Source of the DNA: Calditrichia bacterium
GTDB taxonomy: Bacteria > Calditrichota > Calditrichia > JAJRVZ01
Direction: 5' to 3'
Assembly: GCA_963777955.1 (NCBI GenBank)
Contig: CAVZSQ010000017.1
Coordinates: forward strand, 96,001-160,000
DNA length: 64,000 bases
In this document: positions 52,351-63,455 of the stretch, one piece after another
How the letters are laid out: the number at the start of each line of letters is the position of its first letter
Numbering within the stretch: position 1 is the stretch's first letter
Position numbers and translations under genes: made by a program
The notes under the pieces: generated by a model
The model's input: only the letters and a program-made list of their open reading frames with translations
The model's database searches: none
Told to the model about the DNA's origin: nothing

Positions 52351-52956
52351 TCATTCACCGGCAGCGGCCTTAACTTGCTGCTGCGTGATTTGCCTGGCCA
52401 GAGCCAGCAAATCCTGACCTATTAAATCTGGTTGATATTCCCAGCCTTGACGATCATAGGTATATTCGCCCAAGCCGTAGCCGGTCAGGACCAGCCCCGC
52501 TTTCATATTTAATTGCCTGGCCATGACCACATCCTGATATCTGTCACCGATCGCGCAGGAAGCAGGTAAAGAAATGTTGTGCTCCTGTACTGCTCTGAGG
52601 ATCAAGCCCGGTTTTGGTTTCCGGCAGTCACAATTTTTACGGTACTCCGCCCGGCCTTCCGAGGGATGATGCGGGCAGTAATAAATTGCATCGATCCGCG
52701 CACCCTTGTTTTGCATTTCCATGGTTAAGCGATTATGCAAATCTTCGACCAGGGCTTCACTATAGTATCCTCTGGCAATTCCTGATTGATTGGTGATAAT
52801 AATGACTAAAAAACCTGACTGATTAAAAATTCTGATACTTTCGGCTACGAAAGGGAAAATTTTAAATCTGTCAGGATGGTTAATATAACCCATTTCCTCA
52901 TTAATGGTTCCATCGCGGTCTAAAAAAATTGCTTTTTGCATCTGCATGAGAACCAT
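52351..52956 (-). CDS. gmhB: D,D-heptose 1,7-bisphosphate phosphatase
   Basis: 'FLDRDGTIN', 'TNQSG', 'CPHHP', 'CRKP', 'GDR'. Confidence 0.9.
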   Translation of the reverse strand: MVLMQMQKAIFLDRDGTINEEMGYINHPDRFKIFPFVAESIRIFNQSGFLVIIITNQSGIARGYYSEALVEDLHNRLTMEMQNKGARIDAIYYCPHHPSEGRAEYRKNCDCRKPKPGLILRAVQEHNISLPASCAIGDRYQDVVMARQLNMKAGLVLTGYGLGEYTYDRQGWEYQPDLIGQDLLALARQITQQQVKAAAGE

Positions 52957-53052
52957 TTAACCGAGGCTGGTGAATTTTGAAATATCTTGGCCTGTGATCA
53001 TGATCTGTTGAGTGAGACTGACCAGAGAAAACTATCGAAGATCAGCTTCAGT

Positions 53053-54538
53053 TCAGAAGGTCGGAACAGTAATCTGATTGTAAATGTCAATATATTGTTC
53101 TGTCGACATTTCCCAGGAAAAGTCCTCGCGCATTAAGCGTACACGGGTTTCTTTCAATTGATCAGGTTTTTTATAAAGTTTCAGGGCCTTTTTTATACTG
53201 CGTACCAGATCTTTGATATTATGTTTTTCAAAGATAAAGCCGTTCCCTTTATTCTTATCCAGGTCCAGTTCCTGCACAGTTTCAGCCAGTCCGCCGGTCT
53301 TATGCACTATAGGTATCGTGCCATATTTAAGCCCGTACATCTGGATCATTCCGCAGGGTTCATAAAAAGCCGGCATCAACAGGAAATCACTGCCGGCAAT
53401 AACCATGTGCACTACTGTTTCATCAAAAGTCGAATTAAAATTTATTTTGTCCGGATATTTGTTCTGTAAATCCTGAAAATCCTTTTCGTACTTTTTATCG
53501 CCGATACCCAGGACTACAAATTGAATATTAAGCTGCAACAGTACTTTTATTTCTTTCAGAATAAGTGCAATTCCTTTTTCTTCATATAAGGGAGAGATTA
53601 TCCCGATGACCGGGTAATTTTCCTTGTACTTCAAATTGATCCGGGTCAGCAGTGCCTGCTTATTTTGTTCTTTGACCTCAATTTTATCCGGGGAATAAGG
53701 AAATGGAATATACTTATCGCTTGGTGCCGACCAGACGTTGTAATCTACGCCATTCAAAATACCAGAAAATTTAGAGCTGCGGGATTTTAAAAACTTGGAC
53801 ATTCCATAACTGTACTTGTCATTCTCAAAAATTTGCTTGGCGTAGGTTTTCGAAACGGTGGTGATCCAATCTGAAAAATATAGTCCCCCTTTTAACAAAT
53901 TAACATTCCCCGCATCATCTAAAGGTCCATCCTTGGCAGCAGCCAGAGCGTCAAAATCAAGCCCCAGGCCGGGATTCTTTTTTATGATGCCCTGATTCTG
54001 CAAATCATGGATAGTGAAAACAGTTTTGATTTGTTGCAGGAAATCATCATCTTTATAAATGGTTTTCAGATAAATCGGGACAAAAGACTGTTTGCCAATC
54101 ATTGCAATGAATGATGTCCGGTTTCCAGGATAGAATTTTTAAAGTCTCCAGTGCGGCTTTACAAAAATAAGCAAAGCGCTGGGCGTTGTCAGCATACTCT
54201 TTTCCAGTTTTGTTGTCCGTATACAAACCGACCCGGCCAAAATAATCCTGAATTTCCACAAAATATATTTGCACCTTACTATCGGGTAAAAATGCTGATT
54301 TGACATTTACGATTTTAGTTTCTCCATCAATGGTGACCGGGATGTCGCGCAAGCGAATCACTTCACGCAGGATATATTTCCGCTCGTTGATGGTCTTGTA
54401 CTTTGGCATGATCACCCGGATTTCATGATTCTTGGTCTTGATGCTTTTGGGGAAGGAACCCGTTATATCTCCCAAAATAGAAGTTTTAGCAAAAGGATAA
54501 ACCTCTGATGATATATACCAAATTTTTAACTGGTTCAT
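53053..54538 (-). CDS. glgA: Glycogen synthase-like GT5 protein (frameshift near 54075)
   Basis: 'SSEVYPFAKT', 'DNAQRF', 'IHCNDWQT', 'TIH', 'YEPCG', 'TGGL'. Confidence 0.8.
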
Positions 54539-54736
54539 AGTTTCTCCCTGCAAGTGTGCATCGAACTGTACAATTTAAAGACTGCTACTCGAAAAAAATC
54601 GACAAGACCATCCTTATACGGGAAACTGGATAAATCTGATTGATCTAGTACAGGTAATTTCATATATATTTCTAAGATAAAGAAAATTAAATAGATATAA
54701 CTTTATAATTTAACAAAATTTACACTGATAATCAAC

Positions 54737-55660
54737 TCATTTTCCTTTCCGCCATTCATTAAGTGCTTTATTGATGAAGCCATCATTTTTGACCAGCATT
54801 TTCTCCACAGTCTGAAGATCCAGATTCGTTATAGCCATAACAATGGCTGATTTGACCTGCCCCCTGGCCTGTTTCAAATAATTTTGTGCCTGTTCATAAC
54901 TGGCACCCGTGGCGGTCATGATAATTTTCTTAGACCTCTCTACCAGTTTTTTACTATTCTGCTGCAGATCGATCATCATATTTTCATACACTTTTCCTGA
55001 TTTAATCATTACGGCTGTGGTTAATATATTTAAAACCATTTTCTGCGCCGATCCCGCTTTCATCCTGGTAGAACCCATGATTACCTCCGGGCCCGGGACA
55101 GGACAAATGAGGATATCAGCTTGCACTTTTATTACGCCTGGTGGATTACAATTTATAAATATTGTTTTCGCGCCACGCTTTTTAGCTTCCAGGAGTGCAG
55201 CTAAGACATATGGAGTACGTTGACTGGCGGCCAGACCACAAACGACATCCCTGGCATTAATATCCCTGTCCCGTATATCGGCAGACCCTTGTTCAGAATT
55301 ATCCTCGCTCCCCTCCTGAGCCTGTACAAGCGAGGCAGTTCCCCCGGCGATGATTCCCTGAATGAGTTGTGGATCACTTCCAAAAGTCGGGGGACATTCT
55401 ACGGCGTCCAGTACGCCGATCCTGCCTGAACTACCAGCCCCGATATAAAATAGCCGTCCACCCTGGCGAAAAGCATCGCAAATCAGCTCTACGGCCTGGA
55501 TGATGTGGGGAATTTCCTGAGCGACTGCCGGTGCGACTTTATGATCTTCCTTATTAATCAGGCGTACGATATCCGCTGTGGTCATAAGATCTATTTCAAG
55601 CGAAGCCGGATTTCGACTCTCGGTGATTAATCCAGATAACTCGGTAAAAATTTCATCCAT
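54737..55660 (-). CDS. murQ: N-acetylmuramic acid 6-phosphate etherase
   Basis: 'GAGSSGRIGVLDA.ECPPTF', 'GPEV..GSTRMKAG'. Confidence 0.95.
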   Translation of the reverse strand: MDEIFTELSGLITESRNPASLEIDLMTTADIVRLINKEDHKVAPAVAQEIPHIIQAVELICDAFRQGGRLFYIGAGSSGRIGVLDAVECPPTFGSDPQLIQGIIAGGTASLVQAQEGSEDNSEQGSADIRDRDINARDVVCGLAASQRTPYVLAALLEAKKRGAKTIFINCNPPGVIKVQADILICPVPGPEVIMGSTRMKAGSAQKMVLNILTTAVMIKSGKVYENMMIDLQQNSKKLVERSKKIIMTATGASYEQAQNYLKQARGQVKSAIVMAITNLDLQTVEKMLVKNDGFINKALNEWRKGK

Positions 55661-56333
55661 GATTCTGCTGCCTCCTTACCCGTACGATAAATTTATTCTC
55701 ATCAACATCTGCTGAATTCTGCCACTCCTGATCGGGTCTGAGTATTTCAATATCCTGATTCATTTCTGCCAGCTGATGTAATTCGAGATCGATCTTGCCC
55801 CCTTTCATTACATATAAGGATCCATGGGGAGCCAGAGATTTTTCCGACCAGGCCCAGAGTGTTGCCACGGGTGCAACCGCCCGACTTACAACCAGATTAA
55901 AATGTATTTGCACATCCCGGGGCAAATCCTCAATTCGCGCATTGATAACTTTGCAGGGAATGTCTATTTTTTCGCATAATTCCAATAAAAACAGATATTT
56001 CTTGCGCGATGAATCTATTAAATATACAATTGTTTGAGGGAGTAATATCTTTATTATAATTCCGGGAAAGCCTGAACCGGAACCAATATCGGCGATCATC
56101 ATTGCAGTTTCGTCTCCGATCATACTGGCTATGAAAGCACTGGGCATGACATGTCTTTCATACAAATGATCAAGATCATGCCGCGATACGATATTCTGTC
56201 GCTGTGACCATTCCTTAATTATCGCACAGTACTGATCAATTTTATTCAACTGCCCGGCATTGACCGTAAATTTTTTACCCAGAAAACCTTTATAAAAGCT
56301 GTCCGGCTTGAGATTATGTTTCACGTGGAACAT
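55653..56333 (-). CDS. rsmG: 16S rRNA m7G527 methyltransferase
   Basis: 'DIGSGSGFPG', 'SRAV', 'KG'; follows mnmG. Confidence 0.93.
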   Translation of the reverse strand: MFHVKHNLKPDSFYKGFLGKKFTVNAGQLNKIDQYCAIIKEWSQRQNIVSRHDLDHLYERHVMPSAFIASMIGDETAMMIADIGSGSGFPGIIIKILLPQTIVYLIDSSRKKYLFLLELCEKIDIPCKVINARIEDLPRDVQIHFNLVVSRAVAPVATLWAWSEKSLAPHGSLYVMKGGKIDLELHQLAEMNQDIEILRPDQEWQNSADVDENKFIVRVRRQQNHG

Positions 56334-58191
56334 GTCCTGTCTGTTTTTCTTTTTCCAAATAGACTAATAGCACAGCCAGGTCAGCAGGAGAAATACCAGA
56401 AATTCGGGACGCCTGACCAAAACTGGCAGGCCGGATCTTGCTGAGTTTCTCCTTGGCTTCGCTGGAGAGAGAATCGAGAGAAGAATAGTTTAAAGCAGCC
56501 GGAATAGAATAATCTTCATACCTGGTAAATCTGGCCATCAACTGCTGGTTCCTTTTAATATAGCCGGCATATTTTGTACTGAATTCAACTTCCTGTACTA
56601 CATCATCATTGTATTGAACAGCAAGGTGAGAAAGAATTTCTTTTAATCCTATCTCCGGTCGTTTGATGATCGACTCGATTCGATCAGCCTGCTTCAGCGA
56701 TGGTGCTTGTTTACCAAAACAAGTATTATATTCATCCACACTTATTTTTTTCACAGAAATAAATCGGCGCAAGGTCTCAATTTCAGCGACCTTTTTATCC
56801 AGGCGTGCTCTATCAGCACCATCCAGCAAAGCATATTGAATCCCATATTTGGCCAGACGCAGATCGGCATTATCCTGTCGCAGCGATAATCTGAATTCTG
56901 CCCGTGAAGTAAACATACGATAAGGCTCTGATGTGCTTTTATTGATCAGATCATCGATCAGTACGCCAATATAGGCTTCTGATCTGTCAATTTTCAACGC
57001 TGGCAGCTTTAAAAACTTTGCTGCAGCATTGATTCCGGCAATCAAACCCTGGGCAGCAGCTTCTTCATAACCGGAAGTTCCATTAATCTGTCCGGCGAAA
57101 TAAAGACCTTCAATAAATCTGGATTCCAAACTATAGTTCAATTGATATGGCGGGAAATAATCGTATTCGACTGCATAGCCCAGTCGCACAATTTCTGCTT
57201 TTTCTAAACCAGCAATCGAGCGAATAGCATCTATTTGAGTTTTTTCCGGCAGACTGGTTGAAAATCCGTTTAAATATACTTCAGGATCTGTATACCCTTC
57301 TGGTTCGATAAATAACTGATGCCTCTCCCTTTCGCTAAAACGATCTATCTTCGTTTCAATTGATGGACAATACCTGGGTCCGAGAGATTTTATTTTTCCG
57401 GTGAACAGTGGAGATTGATTGAATCCTTCACGCAGAATCTCATGCGTCCTTTTATTCGTATATGTCATATGACATGGTATTTGTCGCTGAGGCAGGGCTG
57501 CAGTTGAAAATGAAAACGGGGTTGGAGGAATATCCGGCTCCTGCACGCTAAGATTACTAAAATCGATTGAATCCTTGCGGAGTCTTGGGGGTGTTCCGGT
57601 TTTTAACCGTCCCGCTTCTATACCCGCTGAGGTTAATGATTCAGTAATTCCCCTGGCTGGTTTTTCTCCGGCGCGACCTGCAGCAAAACTATTCAGGCCA
57701 ATATGGATAATGCCATTTAAGAATGTTCCGGTAGTTAAAACGATACTATTGCTCAATAATTTTTCACTATTATTCAGGATAACACCCTGAACCTTTTTAT
57801 CCTTTATTTCAAGTCCGCAAACAACAGCCTCAACTATTGAGAGATTCTTCAATAAACCTAATCTGGTTTGGGCAAAAGCAGCATATGACTTCCGGTCCGC
57901 CTGTGCGCGTGGCGACCAGACCGCCGGTCCCCGCGACTTGTTCAGCATTTTAAAATGTATTCCGGTCTGATCGGTGATCCTGGCCATTTCTCCACCCAGA
58001 GCATCAATTTCCCGTACCAGCTGGCCTTTTGCAATGCCACCTATAGCAGGATTACATGACATTAAGCCGATTTTTGTCCGTTCCATGCTCACCAGCGCTA
58101 CCCGCAGCCCCATTCGGGCTGCAGCTGAGCTGGCTTCAATGCCCGCGTGTCCGCCGCCAACTACAATTATATCAAAATCTGTGTTCATCAT
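56314..58191 (-). CDS. mnmG: tRNA U34 modification enzyme MnmG (GidA)
   Basis: 'GGGHAG', 'MSCNPAIGG', 'GPRYCPSIE', 'GQINGTSGYEEA'. Confidence 0.98.
   Translation of the reverse strand: MMNTDFDIIVVGGGHAGIEASSAAARMGLRVALVSMERTKIGLMSCNPAIGGIAKGQLVREIDALGGEMARITDQTGIHFKMLNKSRGPAVWSPRAQADRKSYAAFAQTRLGLLKNLSIVEAVVCGLEIKDKKVQGVILNNSEKLLSNSIVLTTGTFLNGIIHIGLNSFAAGRAGEKPARGITESLTSAGIEAGRLKTGTPPRLRKDSIDFSNLSVQEPDIPPTPFSFSTAALPQRQIPCHMTYTNKRTHEILREGFNQSPLFTGKIKSLGPRYCPSIETKIDRFSERERHQLFIEPEGYTDPEVYLNGFSTSLPEKTQIDAIRSIAGLEKAEIVRLGYAVEYDYFPPYQLNYSLESRFIEGLYFAGQINGTSGYEEAAAQGLIAGINAAAKFLKLPALKIDRSEAYIGVLIDDLINKSTSEPYRMFTSRAEFRLSLRQDNADLRLAKYGIQYALLDGADRARLDKKVAEIETLRRFISVKKISVDEYNTCFGKQAPSLKQADRIESIIKRPEIGLKEILSHLAVQYNDDVVQEVEFSTKYAGYIKRNQQLMARFTRYEDYSIPAALNYSSLDSLSSEAKEKLSKIRPASFGQASRISGISPADLAVLLVYLEKEKQTGHVPRET
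56317..56332. promoter_or_regulatory. parS: parS centromere-like site
   Basis: TGTTTCACGTGGAACA. Confidence 0.9.
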
Positions 58192-58194
58192 ATA

Positions 58195-58210
58195 TGTTTC
58201 ACGTGAAACA
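58195..58210. promoter_or_regulatory. parS: parS centromere-like site (perfect palindrome)
   Basis: TGTTTCACGTGAAACA in the mnmE-mnmG gap. Confidence 0.93.
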
Positions 58211-59596
58211 TTACTTTCCGATACAAAAGGTGGAAAATATACGCTCTAATATATCTTCAGTTACAGTTTCCCCTGATATTTCACCGATGGTCTCGCTGGC
58301 CTGCCTTAAATCAACACAGGCGAATTCATACCCTCGCTGTTTTTTTATCACTTTTCTGGCATTGCCTACCTGCTGGTGCAGGTCGTCGAGTACTTTCTTC
58401 TGCCGTAAATTCGTGATAATTAAATCATCAGACAGCCGCTGAGATTCCTGGATAATTTTGTCAATTATAGTTTTCTTTAATTTTTTTATTCCCGTGCCAT
58501 GCAGAGCTGATGTTTTAACGAATGAAAGTCCTGTTTTATTGATCATTTTCAGCAGCTGCGGCCTGGTTTTCAAGTCGCACTTATTAACAACTATGATAAT
58601 CTTTCCGGTGCTATCTGGTACCAGAGATTTAATATTGTCGAATAATTTGACCGACCAGGGCTCCTGGTGGTCAATCACCCACAGCAGAATATCCGAGATA
58701 GCGATCTTCGCTCTGGTCTTTTCGATCCCCTTTCGTTCGATTTCATCGGCTGCCTCCCTCAATCCCGCCGTGTCGATGAGTTTAAAGTGTATATCGTCTA
58801 TAATAATATCTTCATGCACAATGTCCCTGGTTGTCCCGGGAATATGACTGGTAATCACCCTGTCTTCGCCCAACAAAGCATTCATTAAAGTGGATTTTCC
58901 CACATTGGTTCGACCAATAATGGTAACCGTTATGCTGCCGCTGAGCATTTTAGCCTGATTATAACTATCTGAGAGTCGCTTTATATCTGATTCCAGCGAT
59001 TCCAGTCGATTACCGATTTTATCCTCAGATATATTAGCGACATCTTCCTCTTCCGGGAAATCAAGCAAAGCTTCCAACATTGAACGGATCTCTATGATCT
59101 CTTCTTTCAACCGGTCAAGTTTAATATTAAGTTCGCCGTTTAATTGTCTCAGTGAATTTTTTAGTCCCTGACTGGACTTGGTACTGATTAGTTCAGCTAC
59201 AGACTCGGCCTGGGCTAAACTCATTTTACCATTCATAAATGAACGGAAGGTGAATTCTCCGGGTCCGGCCAGCCTGGCCCCATCTTTAAGCAATACTGTG
59301 ATGATGTTGTCAATAATTAATGGATTGGCATGACATGATATCTCGATACTATTCTCACCGGTATATGAATGCGGTGTCCTGAAAACGGATACCAGTACCT
59401 GATCCAGAATCTGTCCTTCATTGTAAATGTTGCCCAGGTGAATCGTATTCCCCGCGGCACTGGTTAAATCTTTCCCGTTAAAACTTCGATTCACCAGGTC
59501 GATGGAATCGCTGCCGCTGAGTCTTATAATGGCAATACTACTTCGCCCTATACCAGTAGCCAGGGCAATTATTGTATCGTGGGTATTTTGCATCAT
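58211..59596 (-). CDS. mnmE: tRNA modification GTPase MnmE
   Basis: 'GRTNVGKS', 'GTTRD', 'DTAG', 'FCIGK'. Confidence 0.97.
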   Translation of the reverse strand: MMQNTHDTIIALATGIGRSSIAIIRLSGSDSIDLVNRSFNGKDLTSAAGNTIHLGNIYNEGQILDQVLVSVFRTPHSYTGENSIEISCHANPLIIDNIITVLLKDGARLAGPGEFTFRSFMNGKMSLAQAESVAELISTKSSQGLKNSLRQLNGELNIKLDRLKEEIIEIRSMLEALLDFPEEEDVANISEDKIGNRLESLESDIKRLSDSYNQAKMLSGSITVTIIGRTNVGKSTLMNALLGEDRVITSHIPGTTRDIVHEDIIIDDIHFKLIDTAGLREAADEIERKGIEKTRAKIAISDILLWVIDHQEPWSVKLFDNIKSLVPDSTGKIIIVVNKCDLKTRPQLLKMINKTGLSFVKTSALHGTGIKKLKKTIIDKIIQESQRLSDDLIITNLRQKKVLDDLHQQVGNARKVIKKQRGYEFACVDLRQASETIGEISGETVTEDILERIFSTFCIGK

Positions 59597-59695
59597 AGCG
59601 CAAATAAAAAGCCCCTTATATTTATCTGGCAGGGGCTAAGAAGGTAAAATTTTAATTATTGCAATGAATTTATGTTGTACAAATTTAACAGCTGA

Positions 59696-61476
59696 TTATT
59701 TCTTTACCGGAGATCTGACCAATGTCCCCCGGTTATCAATAAATTTCTGCTGCAGGATCGTCCAAAGATTAAACAGTGTATAATATAAATTCAAACCTGA
59801 GGGAAATTGATTGAATAAGAATAACATGAAAATCGGCATCAGATATATCATAGCTTTTTGTTTTGGATCCTGCATGCTCATTTTTGACTGGATAATCATA
59901 GAAACTGACATCAATATTGGCAGAACATTGAATTGATTACCATAGAAAGGTAAACTGAAGGGCAAGATAAAGATAGTGTCCGCCCGGGAAAGGTCGTCAA
60001 TCCAGCCGGGTATAAATGACGCTCCGCGCAACTGTATGGTCGACCTGAACACAATAAACAGGGCTGCCAGCAGGGGAAGTTGTAATAAAACTGGAATACA
60101 ACCCCCCAGAGGATTGACACCGTGCTCCTTGTACAACTCCATCGTGGCTTTTTGCAATCTCTGCGGATCGCCTTTGTATTTTTCTTTCAGTTCCACCAAC
60201 AGCGGTTGAATTTTACCCATCTCTTTCATGGAGCGGTAACTTTTCTTGGTCAGCGGGTATACTACTATCTTGACCAGAATAGAAAAGATAACTATTACCA
60301 GGCCATAATTAGAAATATAGCGATGGAAAAATTCTAACAGATCGACGATCGGCAGACTGATGATCCGGAAAGTCTTTTCATACCCGCCATGGCTGAGCAC
60401 CAACTGGTTCAGGCCGACGTCATATTCGTCCAGAATTGAATTATCGAGCGGACCCAGGTAGATCGTATATGAATCAATCCTGGATTGTTCATCCTTGGAT
60501 ATATTCAGGCTGGTGGTATAGCGTCTTTCGACTACATCATTGACATTAACGCCACGACCGCCAAAAGTCACACTGTTGGTCTGAACATTTCGGGGAATAA
60601 GTGCCGCCAAAAAATATTTTGTCCTGATGGCAGTCCAGGAACATAAACCTGTTTTATTTATTTCCGGCAGTTCCCCTTCTTTGGTGAGATCCTCGCTCTC
60701 CAATTCATCCCCCATACTGGCATAAATCTCGCTGTAGGAAAAATCCTCTACCCTGTTTTCTTCGTTGGCCGGTAATCCGTTTTTCCATATTAACTGATAT
60801 TCCTTATTGAGGAATAATCCCTGCGGATCACTGACTATAAATTGAAGATCCACATGGTAACGGTTGCCGTAGAAAGTGATCTTCTTCTCGATCCGGCTTT
60901 CATTATATGATAGATAATAATTCATCGAGAATGAGCCGTTCTCATCGATCGATACTTTCTCCCGCTCATTTTCAGTGTAAAAATAGAATTGATTGAGTTG
61001 GATCTTGTGGCTCTGGCCCTGCGCGGATAAGAACTGGATATCATATCCATTTTGTAATTCTTCATCAATTATTTTAACCGGCGATTTATCCGATTTATTA
61101 TATCTGGTCAAAGAATAATCATAAATCTTACCCCCGCCCCGGTTAGAAATTTTTACGTGAATCAAAGGGGTTTTAATCTCTGTGAATTTTTCCTGCTGAT
61201 CGGAATCGATATAAATACCCATTCCGGCTAATACTGTCTGTTCCATTCCGTCTTCAGGCTGTGCACTAACACCTGGGCTGACCGCGACTGCAGGTTCTGC
61301 CGGTTTTATTAACGTATCGCTGGTAGTGGCTGCCTGTTGAGTTTCTGGTCTGACGGTGGTGCAGGTGCCTGGAGGTGCGCCTCAGGCGCACCTTTATAAA
61401 TCAGTTGTTGATAAAAGGGATACAAAATAATGATAATGGTGATCAAAACCATTGCCAGGACAGATTTCTTATCCAT
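59696..61476 (-). CDS. yidC: Membrane protein insertase YidC (frameshift near the 5' end)
   Basis: N-terminal TM 'MDKKSVLA...' at 61476; 'GVNPLGGC', 'WIDDLS', 'PSGLNLYY'. Confidence 0.93.
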
Positions 61477-61501
61477 TGTATTATATATCCTATAACAATT
61501 T

Positions 61502-61711
61502 TTATTTAACCAGATCGATGCCGCCCTGGTGGAACGGGTGGCATTTACTGAGCCGGATCAGGGTGTACCAGAGTCCTTTAAATGGCCCATGTTTGGCAAT
61601 GGCCTCGTAACTGTAATGGGAGCAGGTAGGATAGAAACGGCAACTGTTCGGCAGCAGAGGCGACAGCAGCGTCTGATATATTCTGATCAGGCCAAGTAGA
61701 ACAATCTTCAT
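61502..61711 (-). CDS. yidD: Membrane protein insertion efficiency factor
   Basis: 'CRFYPTCS', 'CHPF..GG.D'. Confidence 0.95.
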   Translation of the reverse strand: MKIVLLGLIRIYQTLLSPLLPNSCRFYPTCSHYSYEAIAKHGPFKGLWYTLIRLSKCHPFHQGGIDLVK

Positions 61712-62049
61712 GCTACACCGGATATTTTATCGTTAAGTTCATTCTGGATATCATGAAAGTACGCCCGGGTTTTGTAATGGTAATAGAACACACAATCATT
61801 GTACCGCTTGAATTTGGAGTGGTTATCTTTTAAGTATTTTCTGAGCACGCGCCTGTAATAATTTCGTTGAACAGCATTGCCCACAACTTTCTTGATTATG
61901 ATTCTGATTTTAAGATCCGGGTGCAGTGGATTATTAACCAGGGTGAGGTATCCATATTTCGTTTTTATTTTTATTTCATCTGACCGGGGCGCTGGTACAT
62001 CAGTAGTAAAGACAGTTTCTGCCTTATCCTTACCTGGTGAATTCATCAC
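61708..62049 (-). CDS. rnpA: Ribonuclease P protein component (divergent)
   Basis: '[15 protein letters not shown]'; between rpmH and yidD. Confidence 0.8.
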   Translation of the reverse strand: MMNSPGKDKAETVFTTDVPAPRSDEIKIKTKYGYLTLVNNPLHPDLKIRIIIKKVVGNAVQRNYYRRVLRKYLKDNHSKFKRYNDCVFYYHYKTRAYFHDIQNELNDKISGVA

Positions 62050-62182
62050 TGACAGTAAGTTTTTTTCTTCCTTTGGCCCGCCGGCGCGCTAATACAGTCC
62101 GACCGTCCTTACTGTTCATTCTTTCCCGGAATCCATGCTTGGCTTTTCTTTTACTATTATTTGGTTGAAAGGTTCGTTTCAT
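62030..62182 (-). CDS. rpmH: 50S ribosomal protein L34
   Basis: Read by hand: [50 protein letters not shown]. Confidence 0.97.
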   Translation of the reverse strand: MKRTFQPNNSKRKAKHGFRERMNSKDGRTVLARRRAKGRKKLTVSDEFTR

Positions 62183-62267
62183 TGGTTATCCTTTATTTAT
62201 ATCGATATTCAGAGCCTGTAAAATTACAATTTTTCTTCTGCAGAGTCAATGGTTTATTGCTCTTATA

Positions 62268-62420
62268 AGGGACAAAGAGACGGAGGGACAAAGGGACAAA
62301 AAAAGGCACTAAGGTACTAAGAAAAAAATCCCTGAGCACCTTAGTACCTGAGTTCCTGATAAATAAACCAGACCTTGTCATCCCGGGCATGTCGAAGACC
62401 TGGCGCAGACACGACTCGAC
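62268..62420. repeat. Intergenic repeat cluster related to 36101-36349
   Basis: 8-bp GGGACAAA/GGTACTAA units; 62375-62411 is the exact reverse complement of 36265-36301. Confidence 0.75.
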
Positions 62421-62528
62421 CTATCTGTTGCCAAGCATACTTTGTCTGTAGGTGGGGTGTGCAATAAGGAGAGTAGAAGTAAATGGTAAAGAAATCCTTT
62501 TGATCCCTTTATCCTTTGGCCTTATTAT

Positions 62529-63455
62529 TCATAAATCAATTCTCTTTAATTCTTTAATCTTTATATCATAACTCCAGAAACTGGAATCACTTTTCATGAA
62601 TAATAAGGGAGCAACAGCACTGGCATGAATTAGTTTTATATCACTCAGTTCCTCGATACACATTGGTTTATTCTGGCATATATATTCAGATTGATTCGAA
62701 TCCCACGCAATCAAACCCCAAAACCAGACAGTCCCATCGTTCTTCAGGGCCAGGCAGCGCGAACCGTTCGCTGATATGGCTATCACATCCGTAAGAGTAT
62801 CAATCTTTGACGGAATTGGATTATTGTTAAAAGTCCCATTCCCTAGTTCGCCACAGGGATTAATCCCCCAAGTCCAGACCGTATTGTCATTTTTTAATAC
62901 TATTGAATGGCTTATGGGATTATTCTGCAGATCTTGAACATCACTAATTTCCTCACTACTTAATCCACCATTTTCCGGCCCACGCCAGGCGCGATCGGGA
63001 AATTCACACAAGTCACCGTTATTCTGAAGCGCCAGGTTACCGGAGATTTTTTTAATATTAACCATCCCGCCGATCATTTCAGGATCCTGATATTTTGTCG
63101 GATCGATATAATCCCAATCTATTCTCCAAACCGTTCCACTCTCTTTCAATAATTCCACTCCTGCGCCTGCTATTTGTAATTGCTTTATCCCGTTTAAAAA
63201 TGAAATTTTTTGTGGCGTCAGTATGGTCGGAGTAACAGAACTCGAACTCATATGATTACCCCAGAACCAAATATTGCCTTCCTGGTCAGCGGCATTGGCG
63301 GCTCCGTATGCGAAATCAAGTGTAACAATCTTTTTCAGATTTATTACTTGTACGGGTTGTTCGCCTGGAATCATTGTTCCACTGCCAAGTTGTCCGCTTA
63401 AATTACGTCCCCAAGTCCAGAGGGTTCCATCAGACTTTACGATTGCCTCATCCAC
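62529..63455 (-). CDS. RCC1-repeat protein (5' end probably further upstream, frameshifted)
   Basis: 'DGTLWTWGRN.SGQLG.G', 'VWTWG.N..GELGNG'. Confidence 0.85.
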   Translation of the reverse strand: MDEAIVKSDGTLWTWGRNLSGQLGSGTMIPGEQPVQVINLKKIVTLDFAYGAANAADQEGNIWFWGNHMSSSSVTPTILTPQKISFLNGIKQLQIAGAGVELLKESGTVWRIDWDYIDPTKYQDPEMIGGMVNIKKISGNLALQNNGDLCEFPDRAWRGPENGGLSSEEISDVQDLQNNPISHSIVLKNDNTVWTWGINPCGELGNGTFNNNPIPSKIDTLTDVIAISANGSRCLALKNDGTVWFWGLIAWDSNQSEYICQNKPMCIEELSDIKLIHASAVAPLLFMKSDSSFWSYDIKIKELKRIDL

